A stretch of DNA of 64,000 nucleotides from Waterburya sp. (GTDB taxonomy: Bacteria; Cyanobacteriota; Cyanobacteriia; Cyanobacteriales; Coleofasciculaceae): positions 20,241 to 84,240 of the forward strand of contig DATNPV010000303.1 of NCBI GenBank assembly GCA_036703055.1, read 5' to 3'. Position 1 is the first letter of the stretch. Every line of letters starts with the position of its first letter. The position numbers and the translations under genes are program-made. The notes under the pieces are model-generated. The model had not been told where the DNA came from. It made no database searches and saw nothing but the letters and a program-made list of their open reading frames with translations. Positions 40,561 through 51,725 of the stretch are shown here, one piece after another.

Positions 40561-41541
40561 ATGACCGTGAAGATATCTTCTAAAAAGCTAGTTCCCCTGA
40601 CAACTCTTATTTTCCTCCTCTCAATGAGTTTAGCAACAGCATTCCGTTCTATTCAAGCGGAAGCGGGAAGTACGCCTAGAGAGAAAACCTCTGACGGTGA
40701 TTCTTACGGTGAAAATTCTGGAAAGGTATATAATCAGGGACAGCAGCGTACCTACTATCTTTACACTCCAAAATCTTATAGTCCTGACCGTCCGATGCCG
40801 TTAGTTTTAGTGTTTCACGGTCATGAAGGTAGTGGTCGTTCAATTGCTGAAGTGAGCCGCTTCAATGAATTGGCAGAAAAAAACGGATTTATTGTTGTTT
40901 ATCCAGATGGAAATAACTCTAATTGGCATCTCCGAGGTAATCTCTCTGGAAAGGACGATGATGTTTCATTTGTCACGGCATTAATCGATCAGATTCAACA
41001 AAATAGAAACATTGATAGCCGGAGAATTTATGCGGCTGGCTTTTCCAAAGGAGCAATTTTTGCCCAAGATTTGGCTTGTGAGTTACCTGAGCGCATTGCG
41101 GCTTTCGCTTCAGTGGCTGGCTCGATTCCAGCTTGGCTCGAACCGAAATGTCAGCCTAGAACTCCCGTTTCGATGCTGATGATTAATGGCACCAATGATT
41201 TATCGGTACATTATGAAGGTGATGTCAAAAGCCAAAAAGGGGCGCTGATTTCTGTTCCAGAAACGATCAATTTTTGGCGATCGCAGAATCAATGTACTTC
41301 ACCTGCCACAGTCCAACAGTTGCCTAACTCCAATCCCCGCGAACGTTTCAAGGTGAATATTTCTCGCTACTCAGGTTGTCGCGGCAACTCAGAAGTTATC
41401 CTCGCGGCTATCGTAAACGGTGGACATTTATGGCCGGGTGGCGCTTCTCAAGACGCGAGTGTCAATCAGTTCAATGCTAAACTTGGTTTTAATGCCAGCC
41501 AGACAATTTGGGATTTTTTCCAACGCCACAGTCTACCCTAA
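40561..41541 (+). CDS. secreted alpha/beta-hydrolase, PHB-depolymerase/LpqC-family esterase
   Basis: Signal peptide; VLVFHGHEGSG; nucleophile elbow AAGFSKGA; C-terminal GGHLWPG, typical of the polyhydroxybutyrate depolymerase esterase family. Confidence 0.75.
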   Translation: MTVKISSKKLVPLTTLIFLLSMSLATAFRSIQAEAGSTPREKTSDGDSYGENSGKVYNQGQQRTYYLYTPKSYSPDRPMPLVLVFHGHEGSGRSIAEVSRFNELAEKNGFIVVYPDGNNSNWHLRGNLSGKDDDVSFVTALIDQIQQNRNIDSRRIYAAGFSKGAIFAQDLACELPERIAAFASVAGSIPAWLEPKCQPRTPVSMLMINGTNDLSVHYEGDVKSQKGALISVPETINFWRSQNQCTSPATVQQLPNSNPRERFKVNISRYSGCRGNSEVILAAIVNGGHLWPGGASQDASVNQFNAKLGFNASQTIWDFFQRHSLP

Positions 41542-41557
41542 GCTAAGTTGTTTTATT

Positions 41558-41573
41558 TGTGATTTTTATCACT
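41558..41573. promoter_or_regulatory. CRP-type palindrome TGTGA-TTTTTA-TCACT
   Basis: 9/10 match to TGTGA-N6-TCACA; lies in a convergent intergenic region, so a regulatory role is less obvious. Confidence 0.2.
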
Positions 41574-41589
41574 AACAAATAACAAGCAA

Positions 41590-42525
41590 CTAGCCTTTAT
41601 CTAGAAATCTCGAATCTTCAAGGCTTTCACCTGTATAAGTTTCAACAGGGGGCATCAGCGAGATTAAATCTTCAATATTGCGCTGCATCGTAGCACAAAT
41701 GGCATCCAGTGGTAAGTCATTAGCATCATAACCAAAGGGGTTTTCAATCTCGATGCCAATGGCTTCTATTCCAAATAAGGTGAAACTAACAAGAGCGACA
41801 GTTGGCCCCGTTAACCATCCCAGTTCCTCAATTAATTGAAATGGCAATAACAAGCAATAAAGTAATAAAAGTTGCTTGAGATGAATGGCATAAGCGAGGG
41901 GGATGGGTGTTTTTAAAATCCGTTCGCAACTTCCTAAGTTATCAACTAAATTATTGAGCAATCCCTGGATGGTCGGTAAGTAGTACGGGTCGAGCTTTTG
42001 ACGGGCCGCTTGGTGCTGAAGATAGTCTCCAATCCAAAAGGCAATCTCAAGGGGAGGATGATTCATCGTCTTTAGCTTTATATACTGCTCTGAAGACATT
42101 AATTCCTCTAATTCAGCATTTACAGGCTCCCCTCTAAGATGTAATTTAGTGGCAACGGCAAAAGCCAAAACGAGCCGTAGGACAGAAATCTTTTTGGCTC
42201 GATCTTGGGGGCCAATTTCTTTTATAGAAATTAGAATTTGTCTCGCTAAATTTCGAGTATTATTGACTAAGTTTCCCCAGCATTTACGTCCCTCCCAAAA
42301 ACGTTCATAAGCTGTATTCGTTCTAAACACCAGTAATAAGCCTAAAACGATACTGGGAATAACAGTGCCAAAAATCGGTTTAGATACATGAAACCCAAAG
42401 AAATGAATCGTGGAAATGAATACTCCAAATAAACCACACAAAACAACTCGGTCTACAATTGAGGGAATAACTGACCCTTTTAGTTGAAACGCTAATTGAA
42501 CCCAGTGGAATTTGTGTTTTGACAC
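41590..42525 (-). CDS. bestrophin-like / UPF0187 (YneE) family anion channel
   Basis: Hallmark TAYERFWEGRKCW motif after TM2; 4 TM; 311 aa. Confidence 0.85.
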   Translation of the reverse strand: MSKHKFHWVQLAFQLKGSVIPSIVDRVVLCGLFGVFISTIHFFGFHVSKPIFGTVIPSIVLGLLLVFRTNTAYERFWEGRKCWGNLVNNTRNLARQILISIKEIGPQDRAKKISVLRLVLAFAVATKLHLRGEPVNAELEELMSSEQYIKLKTMNHPPLEIAFWIGDYLQHQAARQKLDPYYLPTIQGLLNNLVDNLGSCERILKTPIPLAYAIHLKQLLLLYCLLLPFQLIEELGWLTGPTVALVSFTLFGIEAIGIEIENPFGYDANDLPLDAICATMQRNIEDLISLMPPVETYTGESLEDSRFLDKG

Positions 42526-42775
42526 GATGTATTAATGCTTTATTGGGAGTAGGTCTCTCTTTTTTTAACATATCGTTACTTAAGTTAGCAAAGCCATGCC
42601 AAAACGAGGAAATTCAAACGGCACAATGGATTGAGATGGACAACGCTACTTAGTAGTTACAGTAGACTGCATAGCATTAACGTCTAATAGACTGCTTGCA
42701 TAAGCAGCAAACCCCTGAGAGATATGTACTAATTGTGAAACAGGTGTTAGCGTTAGCGAGCCGTAGGCTAAACGC

Positions 42776-45700
42776 TTGTCCTCGCCAAAATTGACTTTTG
42801 CAACAGATTTATTGAAAATCCTCATGACAGCTGCTTCTACCTCCAACCAACGTTGGCAATTCTGGATCGACCGGGGTGGTACATTTACGGATATCGTGGC
42901 GAGACGTCCCGATGGGCAGTTAGTGATTCACAAACTGCTATCAGAAAACCCAGAACGCTACACCGATGCACCTGTACAGGGAATTCGAGACATCTTGGGA
43001 ATTCCTGCCGATGCCCCTATTCCCGCGGATGAAATTGAAGTGGTGAAGATGGGGACGACGGTAGCGACGAATGCCTTATTGGAACGAAAAGGTGATCGCA
43101 CCGTTCTCGTGATTACCAAAGGCTTCAGGGATGCCCTGCGCATTGGCTATCAAAACCGCCCCGATATCTTCGCCCGTCAGATTATCCTGCCTGAAATGCT
43201 GTACGAGCGGGTGATTGAAGTTGAGGAACGCTACAGCGCCCATGGGGAAGAATTAATTCCCGTGAATATCGAGTCCGTGCGAAAGCCGTTGCAGGAAGCT
43301 TACGAGGTGGGTATCCGTAGCTGCGCCATTGTGTTCATGCACGGTTATCGGTATGCAGCACATGAGAGGGAGGTAGCCACACTAGCACACGCTATCGGTT
43401 TTACCCAAGTATCAGTATCGCATGAAGTGACACCGTTGATGAAGTTGGTGAGTCGGGGCGATACGACGGTTGTTGATGCTTACTTATCCCCAATTTTACG
43501 GCGGTATGTAGACCAGGTATCCAGCCAGTTGAACGTTGGAACGTCGGATGAGTTGAATGTTGACCCGTTGAAGGTTAAAGGTTTAACTCAAACCAACCTT
43601 CAACCTGCTAACCTTCAGCCTTCAACCCCTGTAAGGCTGATGTTCATGCAATCCAACGGTGGACTGACGGATGCTCACCAGTTTCAGGGGAAAGATAGTA
43701 TTTTGTCCGGCCCGGCGGGTGGAATTGTGGGGGCGGTACAGACGAGTAGAATTGCGGGATTCCAGAAAATCATCAGTTTTGACATGGGCGGCACGTCCAC
43801 TGATGTTGCCCACTACAACGGCGAGTACGAACGCACGTTTGAAACCGAAGTGGCAGGTGTGCGGTTGCGGACACCGATGATGTCTATTCATACCGTCGCG
43901 GCGGGAGGCGGTTCGATTCTGCACTATGATGGGGCACGGTATCGCGTGGGGCCAGAATCGGCGGGTGCAAATCCAGGACCGGCATCCTATGCTAAAGGAG
44001 GGCCGTTGACGGTGACGGATGCCAATGTGATGGTGGGCAAGTTGCAACCGGAGTTCTTCCCCAAGGTATTTGGGCCGAATGCCGATTTGCCGTTAAATGC
44101 CTCTGTGGTGCGCGATAAGTTTACTCAATTAGCGGCGGAAATTGGGGATAACCGGACACCGGAACAGGTGGCATCGGGATTTCTTGCGATCGCCGTTGAG
44201 AAAATGGCGAATGCGATTAAGAAAATCTCGCTTCAGCGTGGGTATGACGTTTCGGAATATACCTTGTGCTGTTTTGGGGGTGCGGGTGGGCAACATGCTT
44301 GCTTGATTGCGGATGCGCTGGGGATGAAGCAGGTGTTTCTTCATCCGTTTGCGGGGGTGTTGTCGGCGTATGGGATGGGGTTGGCGGATGTTCGGGTGTT
44401 GCGGGAAAAGGCGGTGGAGGCGAAGTTAAGTGAGGATTTGGTGGATGTAGGGGCGCAAGGCGTTGCGCCCTTGGAACAGTTGTTGGAGGAGTTGGCAACA
44501 GAGGGGAAGGAGGATTTAAACCACAGAGGCACAGAGGGCACGGAGGAGGGAATTCAGGTTTTGCGGAAGGTGCATCTGCGGTATGAGGGGACGGATAAGG
44601 CGTTGGTTGTGGATTTTGCTTCGGTTGCGGTGATGCAACGGCAGTTTGAGGAGGCGCATCGGCAGCAGTATGGGTTTATTGCACTGGAGAAGGGGTTGAT
44701 TGTTGAGGCGGTTTCGGTTGAGGTGGTGAAGCAGACGTATAACTCGGAGGAATCCATTGTTGAACGTCAGACTGATGAGGCACCGCAACCGGTGGCAACC
44801 GTGCAGATGTACACGGCGGATGCATGGCACGAGACACCTGTATTTAGACGCGAGAATTTACAACCCGGAGACTGCATCACCGGTCCTGCCCTGATTATCG
44901 AAGCAACCGGCACCAACGTGATCGAACCCCACTGGCAAGCTGAACTTAGCGATCGCAATCATCTCATCCTAAATCGTTCAACCCCTCACTCCCCTTCTTC
45001 CTCCGCGTCCTCTGCGTCTCGGTGGTTCGATGCTTCCAACCCCGATCCAATCCTTTTAGAAATTTTCAACAACCTATTTCGCTCCATCGCCGAGCAAATG
45101 GGCATCACACTGCAAAATACCAGTTCCTCCGTCAACATCAAAGAACGCCTCGACTTCTCCTGCGCCATCTTCGATCAACAAGGACAACTCGTCGCCAATG
45201 CACCCCATATCCCCGTGCATCTCGGTTCAATGAGTGAAAGTGTAAAAAGTTTAATCGAAGCACACGGCGACACCCTCAAACCCGGAAATGTCTACGTCCT
45301 GAATAACCCCTACAACGGCGGTACCCATCTCCCCGATGTCACTGTAATTACTCCCGTATTCCCCCACTCTCCCACTTCCCCCCCTCTCTTCTACGTCGCC
45401 TCACGGGGACATCATGCCGACATCGGCGGTATTACCCCTGGTTCCATGCCTCCCAACAGTACAACCGTCGAACAGGAAGGAGTATTAATTGACAACTTCC
45501 TGTTAGTTGAACAAGGACGTTTCCGGGAACAGGAACTGCGGGAACTCCTCTCCTCTGGCACTTATCCCGTGCGAAATATCGAGCAAAATATTGCCGACTT
45601 GAAAGCACAAATTGCCGCCAACGAAAAGGGAGTGCAAGAGTTGCAACGGATGGTGCAGCATTACTCGTTGGAAACCGTGCAAGCGTACATGAGTCATGTC

Positions 45701-46582
45701 CAGGATAATGCAGAGGCATCCGTGCGTCGTGCGATCGCAGTTCTCAAGGATGGCAGTTTCACTAGTAGGTTGGATGATGGCAGTCAAATTCAGGTAACAA
45801 TTACCATTGACCGCAACAACCGCAGTGCCAAGATTGATTTTACTGGCACTTCACCCCAGTTAGGGAGTAATTTCAACGCGCCCTCTGCCGTGTGCAAAGC
45901 AGCAGTTCTCTACGTCTTCCGTACCTTAGTAAATGACGATATTCCTCTTAATGCCGGTTGCCTCAAACCCCTAGAAATCATCATTCCCGAAGGGTGTATG
46001 CTCAAACCCCGTTATCCTGCGGCGGTAGTGGCAGGAAATGTGGAGACGTCTCAGGCAATTACCGATGCGTTATACGGTGCGCTGGGAGTTTTGGCAGCGT
46101 CTCAAGGGACGATGAATAACTTTACCTTCGGCAATGGACGCTATCAATATTATGAAACCATCTGCGGGGGTTCGGGTGCGGGTGCTGATTTTGATGGCAC
46201 GGATGCGGTACATACTCACATGACTAATTCTCGCCTAACTGACCCCGAAGTGTTGGAATGGCGATTCCCCGTTCTGTTAGAAAATTTCTGCATTCGTCCT
46301 AACAGTGGAGGAAAGGGATTGCATCGGGGTGGCAATGGTGTCATCCGGCGAATTCGTTTCCAAGAACCGATGACGGCAGCCATTCTATCGAGTCATCGCG
46401 TTGTTCCTTCCTTTGGGTTGCAAGGGGGTGAAGCGGGTGCGTTGGGCAAGAATTATGTGGAACGAAGTGATGGAACGGTGGAGGAATTAGGGAGTACTGC
46501 GGTTGCACAGATGAATGTGGGGGATGTGTTTACAATTGAAACACCTGGAGGTGGGGGTTATGGTGTTTCCAGTCCAGAGTGA
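42776..46582 (+). CDS. fused hydantoinase A/B (HyuA-HyuB; 5-oxoprolinase-like ATP-dependent hydrolase)
   Basis: 1268 aa. N-terminal hydantoinase A ([12 protein letters not shown]...) and C-terminal hydantoinase B (acetone-carboxylase/oxoprolinase-type) halves. Confidence 0.9.
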   Translation: MSSPKLTFATDLLKILMTAASTSNQRWQFWIDRGGTFTDIVARRPDGQLVIHKLLSENPERYTDAPVQGIRDILGIPADAPIPADEIEVVKMGTTVATNALLERKGDRTVLVITKGFRDALRIGYQNRPDIFARQIILPEMLYERVIEVEERYSAHGEELIPVNIESVRKPLQEAYEVGIRSCAIVFMHGYRYAAHEREVATLAHAIGFTQVSVSHEVTPLMKLVSRGDTTVVDAYLSPILRRYVDQVSSQLNVGTSDELNVDPLKVKGLTQTNLQPANLQPSTPVRLMFMQSNGGLTDAHQFQGKDSILSGPAGGIVGAVQTSRIAGFQKIISFDMGGTSTDVAHYNGEYERTFETEVAGVRLRTPMMSIHTVAAGGGSILHYDGARYRVGPESAGANPGPASYAKGGPLTVTDANVMVGKLQPEFFPKVFGPNADLPLNASVVRDKFTQLAAEIGDNRTPEQVASGFLAIAVEKMANAIKKISLQRGYDVSEYTLCCFGGAGGQHACLIADALGMKQVFLHPFAGVLSAYGMGLADVRVLREKAVEAKLSEDLVDVGAQGVAPLEQLLEELATEGKEDLNHRGTEGTEEGIQVLRKVHLRYEGTDKALVVDFASVAVMQRQFEEAHRQQYGFIALEKGLIVEAVSVEVVKQTYNSEESIVERQTDEAPQPVATVQMYTADAWHETPVFRRENLQPGDCITGPALIIEATGTNVIEPHWQAELSDRNHLILNRSTPHSPSSSASSASRWFDASNPDPILLEIFNNLFRSIAEQMGITLQNTSSSVNIKERLDFSCAIFDQQGQLVANAPHIPVHLGSMSESVKSLIEAHGDTLKPGNVYVLNNPYNGGTHLPDVTVITPVFPHSPTSPPLFYVASRGHHADIGGITPGSMPPNSTTVEQEGVLIDNFLLVEQGRFREQELRELLSSGTYPVRNIEQNIADLKAQIAANEKGVQELQRMVQHYSLETVQAYMSHVQDNAEASVRRAIAVLKDGSFTSRLDDGSQIQVTITIDRNNRSAKIDFTGTSPQLGSNFNAPSAVCKAAVLYVFRTLVNDDIPLNAGCLKPLEIIIPEGCMLKPRYPAAVVAGNVETSQAITDALYGALGVLAASQGTMNNFTFGNGRYQYYETICGGSGAGADFDGTDAVHTHMTNSRLTDPEVLEWRFPVLLENFCIRPNSGGKGLHRGGNGVIRRIRFQEPMTAAILSSHRVVPSFGLQGGEAGALGKNYVERSDGTVEELGSTAVAQMNVGDVFTIETPGGGGYGVSSPE

Positions 46583-46594
46583 CAAAATTGAGTA

Positions 46595-46697
46595 ATACCA
46601 ATTGGCTTTTTCAATGTCACATTTCACACCCTCCCAGCCCCCCTAATAAGGGGGGAGCAATTAAAGAATATGTGTCAAACTCAAATCCAATTGGTAT
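46595..46697. mobile_element. MITE-like element copy B (103 bp; TIR ATACCAATTGG / CCAATTGGTAT; central CCCCCCTAATAAGGGGGG hairpin)
   Basis: 11-bp perfect terminal inverted repeats. Sits 13 nt after the oxoprolinase stop and inside the spurious N-terminal extension of the Uma2 ORF. Confidence 0.55.
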
Positions 46698-46743
46698 AAG
46701 CGATACCTCTTCTTTGAGCGTCAATAGTTTAAGGTCACTATTT

Positions 46744-47388
46744 ATGAAAACAGCAACGCCTGAAATTGCTGAACAACGGGTAATTTTGTCCAATATTAGT
46801 TGGCAAACGTTTGAGCAATTACTCAAAGAATTAGGAGATAAAAGAGCCAGTCGATTGGCTTACAACGAAGGATGTTTAGAAATAATGACACCTTTAGGCC
46901 CGCATGAGAATAGTAACCGCTTTATTGAAAGCTTGATTGGTGCGATCGCAGATGAATTAAACCTGAATCTCAAAAGATTCGGTTCTTTAACTCTGAAGCG
47001 TGTCAAAAATTTAAAAGGAGCGGAACCTGACTCCTGTTACTATATTCAAAATGAACCAGTTGTAAGAAGCACGCAAGAGATCGACCTGGATAATAACCCA
47101 CCTCCAGATTTAGTGTTGGAAATCGATATTACCAGTGGTTCTATGGACAAGCAGCCAATTTATGCGGCGATTGGCGTCCCTGAATTTTGGCGTTATGACG
47201 GAGATAAATTACAAGTTTTTGTTCTAAAAGTATCAACTCAAGAGTATCAAAAAGTTAATCAGAGCCCGACTTTTCCTTGGTTGCCTCTGGATATTATCCC
47301 CAGATTTATTCGCCAAAGTTTAGTCGATGGGGAAACGGCAACTTTACGTGCTTTTCGCGTTTGGGTGAGAGAGCAACAGAAAGAGTAA
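46744..47388 (+). CDS. Uma2-family (DUF820) restriction-endonuclease-fold protein
   Basis: PD-(D/E)xK-like core (LAYNEGCLEIMTP...PDLVLEID...EFWRYD) typical of the family expanded in cyanobacteria. Start at MKTATPEIAEQRV rather than 46579. Confidence 0.8.
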   Translation: MKTATPEIAEQRVILSNISWQTFEQLLKELGDKRASRLAYNEGCLEIMTPLGPHENSNRFIESLIGAIADELNLNLKRFGSLTLKRVKNLKGAEPDSCYYIQNEPVVRSTQEIDLDNNPPPDLVLEIDITSGSMDKQPIYAAIGVPEFWRYDGDKLQVFVLKVSTQEYQKVNQSPTFPWLPLDIIPRFIRQSLVDGETATLRAFRVWVREQQKE

Positions 47389-47501
47389 AGTTTCTTTCTG
47401 CTTTCAATATTCACCTGTTACTTACGCTGCAACATTCTAAATAAAGGTTGATGGGGAGAGGAAGGCTAGTAACAAGTTCTTTGCATTAACTAGTTATGTA
47501 T

Positions 47502-47702
47502 TCATTTAAACAGGCTTACTATACTTAAGATGCCAACGATAGCACTAAGGAAACTGATAAGGCTTACCAACCAATGTTCTTTCAATAATTCACCTATAGC
47601 TTCTGGATAACTTCCATAGATATCTTTCAAGCTTGCATTCGTCTTCAGTGAGGCATTAGCGGCTCGCTCGGCTATTTTGGCGATAACGTTAACTTTCCTC
47701 AA
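47502..47702 (-). CDS. possible small tail-anchored membrane protein (66 aa)
   Basis: Single C-terminal TM (WLVSLISFLSAIVGILSIVSLF); no other support. Confidence 0.2.
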   Translation of the reverse strand: MRKVNVIAKIAERAANASLKTNASLKDIYGSYPEAIGELLKEHWLVSLISFLSAIVGILSIVSLFK

Positions 47703-47901
47703 AGTAGAATGAAATCACACCTAAATAGTGCGATCGCAAGCAAACCATAACCCCTTTACTTACACCCAACCCCTCCCAGAAGAGAGATTTGTGAAAGCCA
47801 CCTTCAACGCCAGCAATCTGTAATTCGACTGATGGTTACCTTTCAGTCAGCCGCCATACTGTCACAGTAAGCTGTATAAAAAATTTAACAGGAGTGAATT
47901 A

Positions 47902-48117
47902 ATGGCTGACAAGTTACACAAAGGTGACAAAGTCGAGTGGAGTACCTCACAAGGCAAAACAACGGGCGAAGTGAAGAAGAAACTGACTTCACCTACCGAT
48001 ATCAAAGGACACCACCCTGCCGCTTCCAAAGAAAATCCCGAATACCTTGTTGAGAGCGATAAAACCGGCAAACAGGCAGCTCACAAGCCTGAATCTTTGA
48101 AGAAAATTGAGGAGTAA
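47902..48117 (+). CDS. DUF2945 / Hva1-TUDOR small protein
   Basis: KGDKVEWSTSQGKTTGEV...KGHHPAASKENPEYLVESDKTGKQAAHKPESL matches the conserved family pattern. Confidence 0.75.
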   Translation: MADKLHKGDKVEWSTSQGKTTGEVKKKLTSPTDIKGHHPAASKENPEYLVESDKTGKQAAHKPESLKKIEE

Positions 48118-48149
48118 TCCTCACTCATGAGCCAAAACCTGCCATCAGC

Positions 48150-49733
48150 CTAAGCAGTTCTGCTGTTAGCAAATAAGGCTTTAGACGCCGACTCCCCTAC
48201 TTTGTGCAACTGCCGCGTTAATTGCCAGCTTAATACGCCTAATATCGTCCATTCAACCAGGATTACCTGAGCAACAAACATGGCTGATACAGATTTGAGG
48301 GCATCCCAAGGAGAGCTTGTAAACAGCCACAAACCTCCCCATTCGTGTTCTGGAGAAATGGACAACAAGCTTAAAATTAAAGCAGGCAAAAGATTCACCG
48401 TAACGACTGTCCCAGCAGCCCAAATAGCCCGCCATTGAGACTTCATCAACAGCATGATCTGAGCCAGTGTCGCGTAAATTAATAGTAAATTTAGGGTAAG
48501 AACTAGACCTGAAATAACTTGCATCCTGCTGCTGCCCTCGATACCTACAGGCCAACACAGAATCCAGGCCATCATTATAGTACAGCTAATCACTAGATTA
48601 ATGGCGATCGCAACTACTGCCGGACTCTTCTCACCCCAGAGCAAATCCTTAACTAAAGCAGAAACCTTGTTTTGCCGATAGCGTGCCCAATCCTGCAAGG
48701 CTTGCCGATGAGGGGAGAGTGTTGCAATCAAGCTGACAAGTAGCAATAAATTGATTGAGAGTAAGGAAAGAAAGTTATCGAACAATGGCTGTGAGGGGTA
48801 GCCATTTGACCAAGAAGGTAGGGCAAAACCCAAACTTACCTCAGCAAAGCAAGCTGTTAGCAAATAACTCTGTCTCTTACTGATGAGGGTGGCGTTGGGA
48901 TTGTGAAAGCGCCGATTGAGGGCTTGCCAAATCCAGTACGTTCCAAAGCCGTAATTGAACAGCATGAACATAACGATACTGGCAAACGTTGCGTCTAGGG
49001 GGATGTTGAACCATTCCCAGTTTGGCATGGCTGGGTGAGAGAAGGAAAAATCTCCGTTGTATTCCAAGTCTGTTCTATAAACCAGATAGTGCAGCACAAC
49101 AGAGGGACAAAACAGATTTAGCCAATCTGTTGGAGAGTAGTTGATTCCTTTGTTATGAGTGATGCATAAGAACATGAGAATTGCACCACTCCCCAACCAA
49201 GCCTGAAATCCACTGAACCAAGAACTTACTAAGCTAAACAGTAGCGCCCCACTGTAAAAAAACGCACAACTGCCAATTAAAACCGCATAAAGGCTGAGAA
49301 TCTCAATTAAAGGAATTTCGGCTGATAGTCCTAACCATAGGTGTAACGGAATACTTAGGAGTACGGCAAGATAAAGCAAAATGGGCACTCCTAACATTTT
49401 GCCCATTAATATACTTTGTGCCGACTGAGGACTCAAGCGAATAAAATTGAGAGTTCCACGGCGTTCTTCCCGCGCCAAGTCACTAATGAGTAGATAGGAA
49501 CCCAGCACCAATAAGGCAAACAGAACAACTAAACTGTGCCATACAAATAACTGTCCATAGGAATATGTAGAGGTAGATGGCAGGCTTAGCCATAAATAGG
49601 AAAGCACTAGAAGCTGACCTAGTACAGATGTGCCAGTTGCCAGTGCAACATTGCGATTGTTGAGGCGACCTTTTACTTCCCGAAATAGCTGCGGATTCCA
49701 ATCGCTGACTCGGTCGAGCCAATTGAGTAACAT
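48150..49733 (-). CDS. ABC-2 type transporter permease (large, ~12 TM), paralog 2
   Basis: N-terminal amphipathic LDRVSDWNPQLFREVKGRL, then TM1 and the ABC-2 signature ERRGTLNFIRLSPQS; paralogous to 49812..51665. Confidence 0.8.
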   Translation of the reverse strand: MLLNWLDRVSDWNPQLFREVKGRLNNRNVALATGTSVLGQLLVLSYLWLSLPSTSTYSYGQLFVWHSLVVLFALLVLGSYLLISDLAREERRGTLNFIRLSPQSAQSILMGKMLGVPILLYLAVLLSIPLHLWLGLSAEIPLIEILSLYAVLIGSCAFFYSGALLFSLVSSWFSGFQAWLGSGAILMFLCITHNKGINYSPTDWLNLFCPSVVLHYLVYRTDLEYNGDFSFSHPAMPNWEWFNIPLDATFASIVMFMLFNYGFGTYWIWQALNRRFHNPNATLISKRQSYLLTACFAEVSLGFALPSWSNGYPSQPLFDNFLSLLSINLLLLVSLIATLSPHRQALQDWARYRQNKVSALVKDLLWGEKSPAVVAIAINLVISCTIMMAWILCWPVGIEGSSRMQVISGLVLTLNLLLIYATLAQIMLLMKSQWRAIWAAGTVVTVNLLPALILSLLSISPEHEWGGLWLFTSSPWDALKSVSAMFVAQVILVEWTILGVLSWQLTRQLHKVGESASKALFANSRTA

Positions 49734-49766
49734 CGCTAACAGCCTCCTGAATTAGGTTAGTAGTAG

Positions 49767-49790
49767 TAGGGTGCGTCGGGACGCACCCCA
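49767..49790. repeat. REP-like palindrome TAGGGTGCGTC-GGG-ACGCACCCCA (copy 2 of 3)
   Basis: Between the two permease paralogs. Confidence 0.5.
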
Positions 49791-49811
49791 CAAATAGAGG
49801 GTGATTAATCC

Positions 49812-51665
49812 TCAACTAGGTAAAGACGGACGCTTCGCAAACAGGGCTTTGGAAGCCGATTCACCCGCACGCTGCACTTGTCGCGTTAGCTGTAGGTTGA
49901 GCAATACCAGAGCGCTCCACTCACCCAAAAGCGCCATAATTGTTGTTGTCGTTGCCGTGTATTCTATAGCCGCCCAGGGAAAGGTGGAAAACAGGAAGAG
50001 CATTGCGTTTTCGCTGGGTTGAACACCCAGAAGGGCTAGCGTCATCGGTGGCAAGACAACCAACGCGCCTATAGTTCCCGCTGTCCACAGCGATCGCTTA
50101 TTCGTTTTCATCAGTAACATTAGCTGGGCAATGGTGGCGTAAATGATCATTAAGCTGAAAAAGAACGCCACACCGAAAAGAATCTGGATTTTGTTGATAC
50201 TCTCCGTTGGCACCAGTACAATCCAGGGCACTATAAAAGTCGCTGCGATCGCTAAATTGATCACCATTGCCACTACAGCTGGGCTCTTCTCACCCCAAAT
50301 TAAATCCTGCACTACTGAACGATTCCAAAAACCTTGACGCTGGGAACGCCTTTCCCGCCGATAGCGTGCCCAATCCAGCAAGGTTTGGCGATGCGGAGAA
50401 AGAACTGCAATTAAACCAAACAACAGCAGAACGTTGAAAAACCAAAGCCCATTTAAGGAATTCCAAAACTTGTAATTTTCTGTTTGCCCCTGCACCACAA
50501 ATCCTAAGATTGCCACTTCAAAGCAAGCCACTAGCCAATAACTCTGCTGCTTGCTCAGAATGGTAGCGTTGGGATTGTGAAAACGGCGATTGAGAGCTTG
50601 CCAAATCCAGCCTGTCCATAAGCCGTAATTGAGCAGCGCAAACAAGACAAGGCTAAAACCTGTTGCCCCAATGGGCAGGTTGAACCATGTCCAATTTTGA
50701 ATCATTTCGTGGGAGAAGGGAAATCCTGTATACCGCGAACCCGTCCGATTCACTAAATAGGGCAGTACCACAGAAGGAGAAAACAGATTGAGCCAATCGA
50801 ATGGATTCTGTTCAATTGGTTTAAAATTAGCAATCCACAAGAAAAATAAGGCAGCACCTGCCCCTAACCAAGACTGAAATCCACCCAGCCAAGAAGTCAC
50901 TAAACCAAACAACAGAGCAGCGCTGTAAAAGCACGCACAGATGGCAATTAGAACAGCATAGAAGCTAAAAATCTCCACTAAAGAAATGTGAGCCGCTAAG
51001 CCTAAAACCACTTGAAAAGGAACGGTAAGGACGGCGGCTAGATATAGCAAAATCGGAACTCCAAGGAGTTTACCGCTCAAAATACTCAGAGGAGACTGAG
51101 GGCTGAGTCGAATAAAATTAAGAGTACCGCGACGCTCTTCTTGCGCCAAGTTACTGATGAGCATATAAGTGCCTATTCCTAACAAAATGAACAGCACAAA
51201 TTGACTCAACGAAGCAAATATTTTTGGATAGTGGTCTTGCCACCAAAGCTGGTAATCAATGGCATCGGGAGGACAGATATTTTCCTGGAGAAGTGCTTGG
51301 ACGTGTGATATTTTTTCCTTTACTTCTGCAATGCTGCCTTTGACTCGTTCAAGTTTTTCCAGGTCAAAATGTTCTTTCCCGCTATAACGGGAGAATTGAG
51401 TTTGTAGTTCGCGATATTGGTGTTGCAGCTGGTTATTCTCTTGCTGATACGATAAGTAAGTATCGCGCAGACGGCAGTAGAGTTCGTCTTGTCTATAAGA
51501 GGGATAAATAGGCTGCTTACTCAACCAAGACATGAACAGTAGCAGTTGACCCAGCAGCGAGGTCACAACTGTGATCGCAATATTACGAACGTTGAGGCGT
51601 CCTTTAATTTCCCGAAATAGTTGTGGATTCCAGTCGCCAATGCGGTCTAGTAAATTGAGTTGCAT
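49812..51665 (-). CDS. ABC-2 type transporter permease, paralog 1, with a ~110-aa coiled-coil insertion
   Basis: Same N-terminus (LDRIGDWNPQLFREIKGRL) and ERRGTLNFIRLSPQS motif. A Gln/Leu-rich heptad segment (QDELYCRLRDTYLSYQQENNQLQHQYRELQTQFSRY...VKEKISHVQALLQE) is inserted after TM1 and is absent from the paralog. Confidence 0.8.
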   Translation of the reverse strand: MQLNLLDRIGDWNPQLFREIKGRLNVRNIAITVVTSLLGQLLLFMSWLSKQPIYPSYRQDELYCRLRDTYLSYQQENNQLQHQYRELQTQFSRYSGKEHFDLEKLERVKGSIAEVKEKISHVQALLQENICPPDAIDYQLWWQDHYPKIFASLSQFVLFILLGIGTYMLISNLAQEERRGTLNFIRLSPQSPLSILSGKLLGVPILLYLAAVLTVPFQVVLGLAAHISLVEIFSFYAVLIAICACFYSAALLFGLVTSWLGGFQSWLGAGAALFFLWIANFKPIEQNPFDWLNLFSPSVVLPYLVNRTGSRYTGFPFSHEMIQNWTWFNLPIGATGFSLVLFALLNYGLWTGWIWQALNRRFHNPNATILSKQQSYWLVACFEVAILGFVVQGQTENYKFWNSLNGLWFFNVLLLFGLIAVLSPHRQTLLDWARYRRERRSQRQGFWNRSVVQDLIWGEKSPAVVAMVINLAIAATFIVPWIVLVPTESINKIQILFGVAFFFSLMIIYATIAQLMLLMKTNKRSLWTAGTIGALVVLPPMTLALLGVQPSENAMLFLFSTFPWAAIEYTATTTTIMALLGEWSALVLLNLQLTRQVQRAGESASKALFAKRPSLPS

Positions 51666-51725
51666 TAGTTACACTCTCCTATAAGGTTTGATTGAAAGTT
51701 GGAAATTGCTAACCTTCAACCTTCA

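Noticed and set aside
43622-45787. Multiple - strand ORFs (141, 104, 95, 94 aa etc.) inside the hydantoinase gene
   Set aside because: They are antisense shadow ORFs within a GC-rich, well-supported 1268-aa CDS.
46579-46743. N-terminal extension of the Uma2 ORF
   Set aside because: The extension is encoded by the MITE-like repeat (copy B); the family-typical N-terminus begins at Met 46744.
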